A stretch of DNA of 64,000 nucleotides. Source: Squalus acanthias (lineage: Eukaryota). Shown piece after piece: positions 10,578 to 22,716 of the stretch. A model generated the notes under the pieces. It was not told the origin of the DNA. It did no database searches and saw only the letters and a program-made list of their open reading frames with translations. The first letter of the stretch is position 1. Each line of letters opens with the position of its first letter. The stretch lies in contig CM059433.1 in assembly GCA_030390025.1 (NCBI GenBank), positions 31,870,001 through 31,934,000 on the forward strand. The letters are read 5' to 3'. Made by a program: the position numbers and the translations under genes.

Positions 10578-13500
10578 AATGGTGGCTCAGCTGCACAGGA
10601 GGGGAGGAAAAAGAGTGGGAGAGCAATAGTGATAGGGGATTCTATCATAAGGGGAATAGATAGACGTTTCTGTGGCCACAGACGTGACTCCAGGATGGTA
10701 TGTTGTCTTCCTGCTGCCAGGGTCAAGGATGTCACTGAGCGGCTGCAGGACATTCTGAAGGAGGAGGGTGAACAGCCAGAGGTCGTGTTCCATATCGGTA
10801 CCAACGACATAGGTAGAAAGAGGGACGAGGTCCTGCAAGCAGAATATAGGGAGCTAGGAAATAAATTAAAAAGCAGGACCTCAAAGATAGTAATCTCAGG
10901 ATTACTCCCAGTGCCACGTGCTAGCGAGAGCAGAAATAGGAGAATAGACAAGATAAATGCGTGGCTGGAGAGATGGTGTAGGAGGGAGGGATTTAAATTC
11001 CTGAGGCATTGGGACCAATTCTGTACAAGCTGGACGGGTTACGCCTCGGCAGAAACGGGACCAACATCCCCGCAGGGGGGTTTGCTAGTGCTGTTGGGAA
11101 GGATTTAAACTAGTTTGTCAGGGGGCTGGGAACCTAAGTGTGGGCCCAGAACGGAGAGAAACAAAGCTGGAAGTGTAAGTTAGAAAAGTAGGGAGCAGAA
11201 ACAAAGGCCAACAGTAAAGAGGGTCAAAGTGCAGAAAAATATTAAACAGGCAAAGTTGAAGGCACTTTATCTAAATGAACGTAGCATTCGCAACAAGGTG
11301 GATGAATTAATGGCACTAATAGAAGTAAATTGGTATGATGTAATTGCCATTACAGAGACATGGTTGCAGGGTAACCAAAGCTGGGAGCTGAATGTTCCAG
11401 GGTACTCAACATTTAGGAAGGACAGACAAAAAGAAAAAGGAGGTGGCGTAGCGCTGTTAATAAGGGATGAGATCGGTACGGTAGAGATAAAAGATCTTGG
11501 CTTGGCAGATCGTGATGTACAACTGGAATCAGTTTGGGTATAGCTAAGAAACAGCAAAGGGCGGAAAACATTGGTGGGAGTTGTGTTTTGGCCACCAAAC
11601 AGTAGTGGTAATGTAGGGCACAGCATCAATCAAGAGATTAGAAGTGCATGTAACAAGGGCAATACGGTAATCATGGGGGACTATAATCTACATATTGACT
11701 GGGCAAATCAAATTACCACTAATGGTGTGGAGGACGAATTCTTGGAATGCATGCGAGATGGTTTCCTGGATCAGTATGTGGAAGAACCAACCAGGGAACA
11801 GGCTATTCTGGATCTGGTACTGTGTAATGAGAAAGGGCTAATCAATAATCTTGTGGTAAAGGGGCCTTTAGGGACAAGTGACCATAATATGATTGAATTT
11901 TATATTAAGTTTGAGAGTGATGTAGTCCAACCTGAAACTAAGGTCTTCAATCTAAACAGAGGAAACTACAAGGGTATGAGGGACAAGTTGGCCACGGTAG
12001 ATTGGGAGACTACACTAAAAGGTATGAAGGTGGACATACAATGGCTAACATTCAAGGAAATAATGCATAATTTGCAACAAACATATATTCCTCGAGGGCA
12101 TAAAAACCCAAAAGGAAAAGTGATCCAACCATGGCTAATAAAAGAAATTAAAGCTAGTATTAAGTCAAAGGAGGAAGCTTATAAAGTTGCCAGAAAAAGC
12201 GGTCAGCCTGAGGATTGGGATCTTTTTAGAAATCAGCAAAGGGGTACCAAGAAATTGATAAAGAAAGGGAAAATGGAATATGAGCACAAACTAGCAAAAA
12301 TATAAAAACGGATTGTAAAAGCTTCTATAGGTATGTAAAAAGGAAATGATTGGCAAAGGTAAATGTAGGTCCTTTACAGTCAGAGATGGGAGAATTTATA
12401 ATTGAGAAAGAGGAAATGGCAGAGAAATTAAATAAATACTTTGTTTCTGTCTTCACGGAGGAAGACGCAAAAAACCTCCCAGAAATACGAGAAAACCAAG
12501 GGTGTGACGAGAATGAGGAACTTAAAGAAATTATTATTAGTAAAAAAACAGTACTAGCAAAATTAATGGGACTAAAAGTCGATAAATCCCAAGGACCGGT
12601 GACCTACATCCTAGGGTTTTGAAAGAGGTGGCCATTGGAATAGTGGACGCATTGTTTGTCATCTTCCAAAATTCTATAGATTCTGGAACGGTTCCTGCAG
12701 ATTGGAGGATAGCAAATGTAATCCCACTATTTATGGAAGGAGGGAGAGAGAAAACGGGGAACTACAGACCTGTTAGCCTCACATCAGTAGTTGGGAAAAT
12801 GCTGGAATCTATTATAAAGCATGTAATAACTGGGCACTTAGAAACTAATAGTAAGATTGGGCAGAGTCAACATGGAATTATGAAAGGGAAATCCTGTTTT
12901 ACAAACCTATTGGAGTTCTTTGAGGATGTAACTAGTGGAGTAGACAAAGGGGAACCGGTAGATGTGGTGTATCTGGATTTTCAGAAGGCCTTTGATAAGG
13001 TCCCACACAAGAGGTTGGTGAACAAAATTAGGGCACATGGAATTGGGGGTAATATACTAGCATGGATTGAGAATTGGTTAACAGACAGAAAACAAAGAGT
13101 AGGGATAAACGGGTCTTTTTCAGGATGGCAGGCTGTGACTAGTGGGGTACTGCAAGGATCGGTACTTGGGCCCCAGCTATTCACAATCTATATCAATGAT
13201 TTGGATGAGGGGACTAAATGTAACATTTCCAAATTTGCTGATGATACAAAGCTAGGTGGCAGTGTCAGTTACGAAGAGGATGTGAAGAGGCTTCAAGGGG
13301 ATCTCGACAGGCTCAGTGAGTGGGCGAGAACATAGCAGATGGAATATAATGTGAATAAATGTGAAGTTATCCACTTTGGTAGAAAAAACAGAAAGGCAGA
13401 GTATTTCCTAAATGGTGAAAGATTGGGGAATGCAGATGCTCAAAGGGTCCTGGGTGTCCTTGTACATGAGTCACTGAAAGTGAATGTGCAGGTGCAGCAA

Positions 13501-14164
13501 GCCATTAGGAAGGCAAATGGTATGCTGGCCTTCATTACAAGAGGATTTGAGTACAGGAGTAAAGAAGTCTTACTCCAATTATATAGGGCCTTGGTGAGAC
13601 CACACCTGGAGTACTGTGTACAATTTTGGTCTCCTTACCTAAGGAAGGATATACTTGCCATAGAGGGAGTGCAACGAAAGTTCACGAGATTGATTCCTGG
13701 GATGACGGGACTGTCGTATGAGAAGAAATTGAGTAAACTAGGCCTGTATTCTCTTGAATTCAGAAGGATGAGAGGGGATCTCATTGAAGCATACAAAATT
13801 ATTACAGGGGTTGATAGGATGGATGCTAGGAGAATGTTTCCCTTAGCTGGGGAGTCTAGAACCAGGGGCCACAGCCTCAAGATAAAGGGTAGGCCATTCA
13901 GGACTGAGATGAGAAGAAATTTCTTCACACAGAGGGTGGTAAATCTTTGGAATTCTCTACCCCAGAGGGCTTTGGAGGCTCAGTCATTGGGTATATTCAA
14001 AACAGAAGTCGATAGATTTCTGACTAGTAAGGGCATCAAGGGATATGGCGATAGGGCCGGTGAATGGAGTTGAGGCAGAAGATCAGCCATGATCTCATTG
14101 AATGGCGGAGCAGGCTTGAAGGACCCAATGGCCTACTCCTGCTCCTATTTCTTATGTTCTTATG
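10578..14164 (+). mobile_element. CR1 LINE with ORF1 esterase domain and full-length but disrupted ORF2
   Basis: ORF1 fragment 10629-11108 (GDSII...HIGTND, SGNH/GDSL-type); ORF2 pieces 11229-14073 with stops and frameshifts; (TTCTTATG)n tail. Confidence 0.95.
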
Positions 14165-14169
14165 AATCT

Positions 14170-14727
14170 GGGACATGTTACCTCCAGACTCGACTATTCC
14201 AATGCTCCCATCTTCCACCCTTCATAAACTTGAGCTCATTCAAAACTCTGCACTCATATCCTAGCTCACACCAAGACCCGTTCACCCTTCACTCCTGTGG
14301 TCACTGACCAACATTAGCTCCCAGTCCCAAAAGTCTTGATTTTAAGTTTCTCATCCTTGTTTTCAAACCCCTCCATGGCTTTGCACCTTCCCATCTCTGC
14401 AACCTCCTCCAGCCCTACAACCTTCTGAGAATTCTGTGTTCCTTCAAATCTGGCCTCTTGTGCAACCCGCCCCACCACTGGTGGCCGAGCCTTCACCTGT
14501 CTGGGCCCTAAGCTCCGGAATTCCCTCCCTAAACCTCTCTGCCTCTCTACCTCCTTTAAGAAGTTCCTTAAATCCTACCTCTTTGACCCAGCTTTTGGTC
14601 ACCTGACCTAAAGTCTCCTTCTTTGGCTCAGTGTCAATTTTTCTGTCTCATTACCCTCCTGTGAAGTGCCTTGGGGTGATTTACTATGTTAAAGGCACTA
14701 TATAAATGCAAGTTGTTGTTGTTGTTT
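14170..14727 (+). mobile_element. L2-clade LINE 3' fragment
   Basis: homologous to the 57560-58075 copy; tail aaaggcactatataaatgcaag(TTG)n. Confidence 0.8.
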
Positions 14728-15232
14728 CTTAAACTAGTCGTGGATGGGTTTAAATGAAAAGGAAAAAAGAAAAATCTGAAAATCTGAAAGAGAAGTTGAA
14801 AATGCTGGAAACACTTAGCAGGCCAGTCACTGTCATGCAGAGCGAATATGATGAAGGATTATACCATGTCTGTTACCTTGTCTGCTCACTCCACAGATGC
14901 TGACTGACCTGCTGAGAGATTTGGGTTAAGTTTAGTTGTCCGTTTTGCAGAACACAGCAAGCATGACTGTGGAGGAAGTATATTATTGCTCCCAATCAGC
15001 TGTCAGTAAAGAGATCTCTACAGGGATCTGTTCTGCTCTGTGGAGAGACACACTGACGAGATTGGTGGCTGATGTTAGGACATAACCCATGCAATGCCAG
15101 CCTTGTTCAAGTCTGTTGAGCAGCCTTTTTATCAATAGCTTATTCTCCACAATTAAGTGCAACTTAAAAAGAGTAACTTTTGAGATACATAAAGAAGCTT
15201 TCATTGTATTTAGACACTCTTTTCCGTACTAG

Positions 15233-15326
15233 ATCATGAGTTGATCGATGTTTGCTATGTTCGGAAACTAAGTTATGAGGAAATGTGCAAACAAGATGGG
15301 AATCAACGGGAACTTCAACAGTTCAT
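15233..15326 (+). CDS. candidate host-gene exon (phase 1->2): (D)HELIDVCYVRKLSYEEMCKQDGNQRELQQF(I/M)
   Basis: acceptor ctcttttccgtactAG, consensus donor |GTAAGT, open frame in exactly the phase left by 6701-6878. Confidence 0.65.
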
Positions 15327-15741
15327 GTAAGTGAGCAGTTTTTTTATAAACACATATACACATGTAGGCCACGGAAGAAGAGGTAGATTTTCCAGTCTCC
15401 ACTTTCCTTAATATGGAGCCAGGAGTCGCAGGAATGCTTCCCCTGGCTCCACAGCAATATTGCAGCTGCTGCCGGCTCACACTCGGCATCCCCAACCATT
15501 CACCCCCCGGCATCCGAGCCAGCTGATCTTCAGAAGGTCCAGACCAGCAAGATGGACTGGGACGCTATTTGATACAGCAGGAAATGGGGTTTGGAAAGGG
15601 CTACAGAGGTTTGGGTGGTGAGGGATACAATGAAGTTCTCAGAGATGGCCTTGTCTGTGATCGAGACCACAGGAGTAGAGAGACCTAGGGAGATGGAATA
15701 GTCAAATGGGTGACCATAAATATACATAGGAGAGTTTAGAT

Positions 15742-16856
15742 TGTAAATATATTCTGGTAAATGTAATGATTTAAAAGCATTGGCAATTTTAGTAGAACAA
15801 AGACTATAGATGCCCTTGAATGTAAACTACATTAATTGACAACTATGCATGAAATTATAGTTTGTGTAAAATTGGATGTGCTAGACTGATTCCTGGATAA
15901 CCTCAGTTTGGTGTCTAGAAGTGGTTGTGAAGGAATAAGCCATATAGCCTATTCAGAAAAATACACCATTCTATGAAAGAATTCTGGCCTTATTAAAACA
16001 TGACAAACTGGGTTTGGAAACCTAGAAACCTAACTATGAAAAAGCTGTGAAAGCATTCTGGTTATAGAGATAAGATAGTTGTTGACACTGAATCAATAAC
16101 CTTATTGAAACAGAAGGTTAAAGGCTCCGGTAGGCTGCACTTTTGGGAATAAGACAGTGGTTCACCCTGGACAAGGTGTTCTAATTTGCACTTCGTAAAG
16201 AAGCACATAAAAGTAAGAAACATCTGCCTTCGTAAGAATGACATCAAGTAAAACACACCTGCCGTTACACCATTTTTTATGGTAAATTTAGAACACCTAG
16301 AGAAGAGACATAATTCTGTAATGCTACCAGCTGAGGCGACTGTAAGAACTGCAGGGGTCAGCAGAAAAATGACTCGAGATAATTAGCTTACATCCAGCAG
16401 AAAACCTTAAAGGAAATACCACTGGAAAAGGGTATAAATATTGAACTCTCAAATGGGATAGTAGACTCACTGTAAAGGGGCAAAGCGATTCTCGGCTTCA
16501 GAGGCGGTTCTGTAAGTCTCCAACTCTTTGTACCTCGGGGATCAAAGGTATTTGATTTTGGTGGATATCCTGTAGAAAACTAAGAACTGTAAAACTGTAG
16601 CAAAGTTAAGATTTGAGAGTAAGATTCTCTGATAATAGAATTGTAAGCTTTCTCTTTTTGGAACTGTTAATGTTGCGATTGACTCACCAACTATAAATTA
16701 CATGTCGGTTCTTTAATAAATCTATATATTTTTAGAATTGTCTCACATAAGACTTCTGTATCAAACTCGCAAACTCAATTTCTGTACACACTTTGGTGAG
16801 GAGTTGCAGAATTCTGGGGGAGTTTTCCGGACCCTCATAATATCCGGAACGTTACA
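15742..16856 (+). mobile_element. possible solo LTR-like sequence
   Basis: TG...CA ends (tgtaa.../...gttaca), TATAAATA at 16433-16440, AATAAA at 16715-16720; no TSD or PBS found. Confidence 0.25.
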
Positions 16857-17384
16857 GTCTAGCTAAACTTATTAAAAGTGCTATCTGGAGGACGGTAACA
16901 TTTTCAGGTTGTTCCTTTCCTTTAGGGAGAGATAGTCCAGACTTTTAGACCCAATTAAGCATCTTTAGGATTCGGCTACCTCAAACTTTAGTTGAAAGTG
17001 AACGTCTGAGGAATACGCTTGATCTGGGGTAGCCCTAAAGGGGCTAGGACTAGTAATTATCCCTTCATGGTCTCTGAGGTTAGTGGTCACTGAGGCCTTC
17101 AGATATACCTATAATGTAGTGGCAATTATACACTTAGTCTCTCACGTTAAAATTCCTAAGATAAGTCATTCCAAGCTTGTTAGACAAGTCAAAATCTCTT
17201 TAACATTGTCCTTTAAGGTGACTCAGAAAATAAGTACACTCTACTCTGCTTCCCACTGTTATCCAGGTATTCTTTAACAGCTACCAAAAAAATCAATGCT
17301 TCACCAACAAACATTGCTGTAATAAATGCTGTTTGTGAGACTAGGTGCCATTTAAACCTTGTTCAACTAGGGAGATATTACACT

Positions 17385-17593
17385 GGGGCGGGGGCAGGCA
17401 GGGGAGGCGTGCGAGGGGGCCGAGAGTAAATATTTCTCTCGTTAGTTTAAGGGAAAAAACACAGTAAAAAGGGTCACCTCCTCATGAGCAATCTCTACTT
17501 TCCACTCATGATCAACAGCTCCCTGAAGAAGAGATATCAGCTGTTTGGCTAAAGTTTCAGGCAGGAGCTTCAGCGCATGGTTCTCACGGCAAC
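17385..17593. promoter_or_regulatory. promoter/enhancer-like segment: GC box and RFX X-box-like motif
   Basis: GGGGCGGGGG at 17385-17394 in a short G-rich patch; GTTCTCACGGCAAC at 17580-17593 (one mismatch to GTTNYCATGGNAAC). Confidence 0.35.
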
Positions 17594-17654
17594 AACAGAG
17601 CTCGCATTCCAAGCTTCTAACTCATTAGAACATTTGAATTGCTGATGGGGCAGG

Positions 17655-19077
17655 GTGCTATGTGAACTCAGTAATGTTAGCGCTGTGCGTTCTCTGAAAT
17701 TGGCATTGTTAGCACTGTGTGTTGTCAAAACTTGGTAGTGTTAGTGCTGTGCATTCTCGGAACCTCAGAGTGTTAGCGCTGTGCATTTTCTGAAATCGGT
17801 AGTATGGTCGCTGTGTGTTCTCTGAACCTCAGAGTGCTGGCGCTGTGCGTTCTCTGAACCCCAGAGTTATGGCGCTGTGCGTTCACTGAACCCCAGAGTG
17901 TTAGCGCTGTGCGTTCTCTGAACTCTAGAGTGTTAGCGCTGTGCGTTCTCTGAACTCCAGAGTGTTAGCGCTGTGCGTTCTCTGAACTCCAGAGTGTTAG
18001 CGCTGTGCGTTCTCTGAACCCCAGAGTGTTAGCGCTGTGCGTTCACTGAACCCCAGAGTGTTAGCGCTGTGCGTTCACTGAACCCCAGAGTGTTAGCGCT
18101 GTGCGTTCACTGAACCCCAGAGTGTTAGCGCTGTGCGTTCACTGAACCCCAGAGTGTTAGCGCTGTGCGTTCTCTGAACCCCAGAGTGTTAGTGCTGTGC
18201 GTTCTCTGAACTCCAGAGTGTTAGCACTGTGCGTTCACTGAACCCGAGTGTTAGTGCTGTGCGTTCACTGAACCCCAGAGTGTTAGCGCTGTGCGTTCTC
18301 TGAACCCCAGAGTGTTAGTGCTGTGCGTTCTCTGAACCCCAGAGTGTTAGAGCTGTGCGTTCACTGAACCCCAGAGTGTTAGCGCTGTGCGTTCTCTGAA
18401 CCCCAGAGTGTTAGTGCTGTGCGTTCACTGAACCCCAGAGTGTTAGCGCTGTGCGTTCTCTGAACCCCAGAGTGTTAGCACTGTGCGTTCTCTGAACCCC
18501 AGAGTGTTAGCGCTGTGCGTTCTCTGAACCCCAGATTGTTAGCGCTGTGCGTTCTCTGAACCTCAGAATGTTAGCGCTGTGCATTCACTGAACCCCAGAG
18601 TGTTAGCGCTGTGCGTTCACTGAACCCCAGAGTGTTAGCGCTGTGCGTTCACTGAACCCCAGAGTGTTAGCGCTGTGCGTTCTCTGAACCCCAGAGTGTT
18701 AGTGCTGTGCGTTCTCTGAACCCCAGAGTGTTAGCGCCGTGCGTTCTCTGAACCCCAGAGTGTTAGCGCTGTGCATTCACTGAACCCCAGAGTGTTAGCG
18801 CCGTGCGTTCACTGAACCCCAGAGTGTTAGCGCCGTGCGTTCACTGAACCCCAGAGTGTTAGCGCTGTGCGTTCACTGAACCCCAGAGTGTTAGCGCTGT
18901 GCGTTCACTGAACCCCAGAGTGTTAGCGCTGTGCGTTCACTGAACCCCAGAGTGTTAGCGCTGTGCGTTCTCTGAACCCCAGAGTGTTAGCGCTGTGCGT
19001 TCACTGAACCCCAGAGTGTTAGCGCTGTGCGTTCATTGAACCCCAGAGTGTTAGTGCTGTGCCTTGTCTGAACTCTG
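17655..19077. repeat. 32-bp minisatellite, about 44 units, consensus CCCCAGAGTGTTAGCGCTGTGCGTTC(A/T)CTGAA
   Basis: period read directly (ttagcgct at 18061 and 18093); head-to-tail with no spacers; degenerate units at the left edge. Confidence 0.97.
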
Positions 19078-19702
19078 TAGCCTGCCTGACAATGACTGGA
19101 TTAAATTATACACTGTAGAGAACTTGAACAAGTTGACAGCAAACTGGATCAAATTACACATTTCAGACAAAGTCTTGGGTTCATACTGTCCTCACACTTC
19201 CTGGTGGTGAGAATCTACTTTTTCCTTTATTTGCACCACAGTGGTGTCAGCAAACACAGCCAACTATTTAATGATTTGGGTTTCTTTTCCAAACCATATG
19301 GGAAGCAATTTAAATCAAACATGTTCCCTTCTTGTTTTTGAATTTGAAATAGGAGTGGGGTAGTTAAGAGGACATGCAGCACCTTATTTACTGAAGCAAT
19401 TGCTTTTTGACTACTTCCCAGAAATTGTAACTTCTCAATTACCTACTAGGCTAAATGCAAACAGATGGCAATAACCACTAAAGTTAATTTAATGGACAAA
19501 TTACTATTGTTCTTTGGGTGGTAATAGCATCTAGGAAGATTTTGTTTCAGATATCCACTCCGTATGAACAATCTGTATTTAGAGAAAACACAATGAAAAA
19601 CTAATACACCCATTAACAGCTCATAAAGCCATTAGCTAAACAAGATTTTTTTTCGAAGGCTGCAAGATCTACCCAGTTCCTATTTTCCATCACAAATTCC
19701 AG

Positions 19703-19725
19703 CAAGACATACTTGTGGTCTTTGG
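19703..19725 (+). CDS. candidate host micro-exon; acceptor ambiguous (19703 gives phase 2->1 IKTYLWSL; 19659 gives phase 2->0 MLQDLPSSYFPSQIPARHTCGLW)
   Basis: donor TGG|GTAAGG; two usable acceptors (ttttccatcacaaattccAG and tttttttcgaAG), both open from phase 2. Confidence 0.45.
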
Positions 19726-19859
19726 GTAAGGGTAGAATTAGATTGAGCTATGAGAACTAACAGAGTTCAATAGTCACTGCTTCAGGCCTCATGTAAAGAA
19801 TCAGACTCCAGAATAAGGAGGGAGTAAATTGGGTGCAAAAAAACACCACTTTTATTTGC

Positions 19860-20147
19860 AAGAAAGTAGAACTTGCATTTATGTAGAGCCTTTCATGGCC
19901 TCAAGACAACTAATGAGGTATTTTTGTAGTGTAATAACTGTTGTAGTGTAGAGAAATAGGGGAGGAAATTTGTGCACAGTAAGGTCCCACAAACAGCACT
20001 AAGATAAATTATCACATAATCTGTTTTGATGATGTTGGTTGAGGGATAAATATTGGCCAGGACACCTTCTCTGCTCTTCTTCAAAAGGTACCATAGGATA
20101 TTTTACATCCACCTGAGAATGCACTTGGGCCTCGGTTTAACATCTCG
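19860..20147 (-). mobile_element. DeuSINE fragment
   Basis: diverged reverse-complement match to the SINE 3' half. Confidence 0.75.
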
Positions 20148-20597
20148 GATGCGCATGTGGACTGCAAATAACGAAACAATTGCATCACATTATATTATCT
20201 ATCTGTTATGTCCTTCTGAGTGTAGGCTGATGTGCAAACTTTGAGCATATGCTCATGTTTCCTTTCTTTCGGATCGGTTAAGTGTTGATCAATCACAGTC
20301 TGGAGAAACACATTCCACAAAAGATGACTAATCACATTCTAAAACAACGGCCAATCAGATTCAATGATCAGTCAATTCTGGAAAAAAACTCAAATATATC
20401 CCAACAAAAAAATTCTCCGATGCAGCAGACATAACAATTCCCATAAAATACCGCTAAAGATAATATTGATTACATAATAAACACACAAATAATTGAATAC
20501 TTTGCAATTAAAAATTTTTTTTATTTATAATCTTAACCCCTTCCACCATCTAGTTGCACCAAAAGACCCCCTGCTACAAGGCTAAAGCATCCTGAAT

Positions 20598-21362
20598 CTC
20601 ATAGAATCATAGAATGGTTACAGCACAGAAGGAGGCCATTCGATCCGTTGAGGCCATGCCGGCTCTCTGAAAGACCACTTCAGCTTAGTCCCACTCCCCC
20701 GCCATTTCCCCGTAGCCCTGCAAATTTTTTTCGTATAGGTATTTATCCAATTCCCTTTTGAAAGCTACAATTGAATCTGCCTCCACCACCCTTTCAGGCA
20801 GTAAATTCCAGATCCTAACCACTCGCTGTGTAAAAACATTTTTCCTCATGTCGCCTTTGGTTCTTCTGCCAATCACTTTAAAACTGTGTCCTCTGGTTCT
20901 CGACCATTCTGCCAATGGGAACAGTTTTTCTCTATCTACTCTGTCTAGACCCCTCATAATTTTGAACACCTCTTTCAAATCTCCTCTCAACCTTCTCTAG
21001 TCAAAGGAGAACAACCCCAGCTTCTCTAGTCTATCCACGTAACTGAAGTCCCTCATCCCTGGAAGAATTCTTGTAAATCTTTTCTGCACCCTCTTGAAGA
21101 CCTTCACATCCTTTCTAAAGTGCAGTGCCCACAATTGGACACAATACTCCAGTCGAGGCCGAATCAGTGTTTTATAAAGGTTCATCATAACTGCATTGCT
21201 TTTGTACTCTATGCCTCTATTTATAAAGCCCAGGATCCCGTATGCTTTTTTAACTGCTTTCTCAACCCGCCCTGCCATCTTCAACGATTGGTGCACATAC
21301 ACCCACAGGTCTTTCTCTTCATGCACCCCCTTTAGAATTGTACCCTTTTGTTTATAATGTTC
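20598..21362 (-). mobile_element. CR1 LINE 3' fragment (HER1-like tail)
   Basis: ORFs 20997-21389 and 20685-20990 (RPRLEYCVQLW, RGDL.EVFKI); (ATTCTATG)n tail. Confidence 0.9.
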
Positions 21363-21764
21363 ACTGTTCCCCACTAATATAAGATCCACCTACACTCCAA
21401 CGGTCCACAGCCTGGTCGAACATCCTGTGTAGAACACATGTGTGCAATTCTTCAACTATTATTCAGTGTTGATTAATTTATATGCCTATCCAGGGTCAAG
21501 CGGCATCAGTTATACCAGGATCAGCCAACAAATCAGCTGATGTATGTACAAAATTCAGATTGCTGCCCGCAACCCTAAACCCGATCCCGATAAATGTGTC
21601 AGCAACACCATGGGAAATCCCCTACTGTGATATAAGTTACAGGTACATGATAATTATTATATGAACACTCAAAACATTCTTATCAAATTCCTATGTGCAC
21701 TGTGTTAACGAAAGTATTAACCAAACTTAAAACATCAGAGGGATTGCGAGATTAATGCCCATCC

Positions 21765-22172
21765 AATTCTGTGCTCTTGAGCATCCCCAATTTCCATTGC
21801 TCCACCATTGGCGGCTCTATATAGACTATATAATCACTTTACTTTTTATTCTGTCTCTTACTGTCCAGAATGCCAGTGTGAACAGATCAAGTGGTCCTCA
21901 GATGATGCCATTCAACATGTCCATTAAACCACCTTCAGCTGTCTTGACCCTCAGCTCTGGAATACCCTCCCTAAACCTCTCAGCCTCTCTACCTCTCTCT
22001 CCTCCTTTAAGACACTCCTTAAAACAATCCTCTTTGACCAAGCTTTTGGTCACCTGTCCTAATGCCTCCTTATGTGGCTCAGTGTCAAATTTTGTTTGAT
22101 AACGCTCCTGTGAAGCGCCTTGGGACATTTTACTACATTAAAGGCGCTTATATAAATGCACGTTTTTGTTGT
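21765..22172 (+). mobile_element. L2 3' fragment interrupted by a ~110-bp insertion
   Basis: L2 3' end and tail; ccattggcggc|insert|caccttcagctg junction. Confidence 0.75.
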
Positions 22173-22364
22173 TAGATGCAAACACAGGCAGTATTCATAC
22201 CAAAATATTGTTCAGCATAAATTCTAGATTAATGCTTTATACATTTTAAATTCAACATTAATGAACATCAATCTTGCTGCTGGGGGGAAAAATAAATCTG
22301 AGGGCAGGAATTCCAGTCACATTTTAGTTAGAGAGTTTACTTATACTGAGTTTATACTATTTAC

Positions 22365-22475
22365 GGGCTTATTTTACTAGTGCACACTGCTATCGGGAAC
22401 CCTCACGTCCTGTCGGCGCACATTGAGAATTTGGATGCACGCATGCTGGCCATACCGGACTTGTAAAATTGGCCC
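22365..22475. mobile_element. possible mini-MITE (Harbinger-like TIR)
   Basis: gggcttattttactagt versus reverse complement gggccaattttacaagt; no TSD. Confidence 0.35.
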
Positions 22476-22529
22476 TTTAGTCACTACAAAATTAACTTAC
22501 ATCATAGAATCTTACAGCACAGAAGGAGG

Positions 22530-22716
22530 CCTCTCTACCTCTCTCTCCTCCTTTAAGTCACTCTTTAAAACCTACCTCTTTGACCAAGTCACCTGTCCTA
22601 ATATCTCCTTATGTGGCTCGGTGTCAAATTTTGTTTGATTACGCTACTGTGAAACACCTTGGGATGTTTTACTACGTTAAAAGCACTATATAAATGCAAG
22701 TTTGTTGTTGTTGTTG
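22530..22716 (+). mobile_element. L2 3' end fragment
   Basis: acctacctctttgaccaag...tataaatgcaag(TTG)n. Confidence 0.75.

Noticed and set aside
17655..19077. CRISPR array (32-bp repeat length)
   Set aside because: Units are contiguous with no unique spacers, there are no cas genes, and the context is vertebrate.
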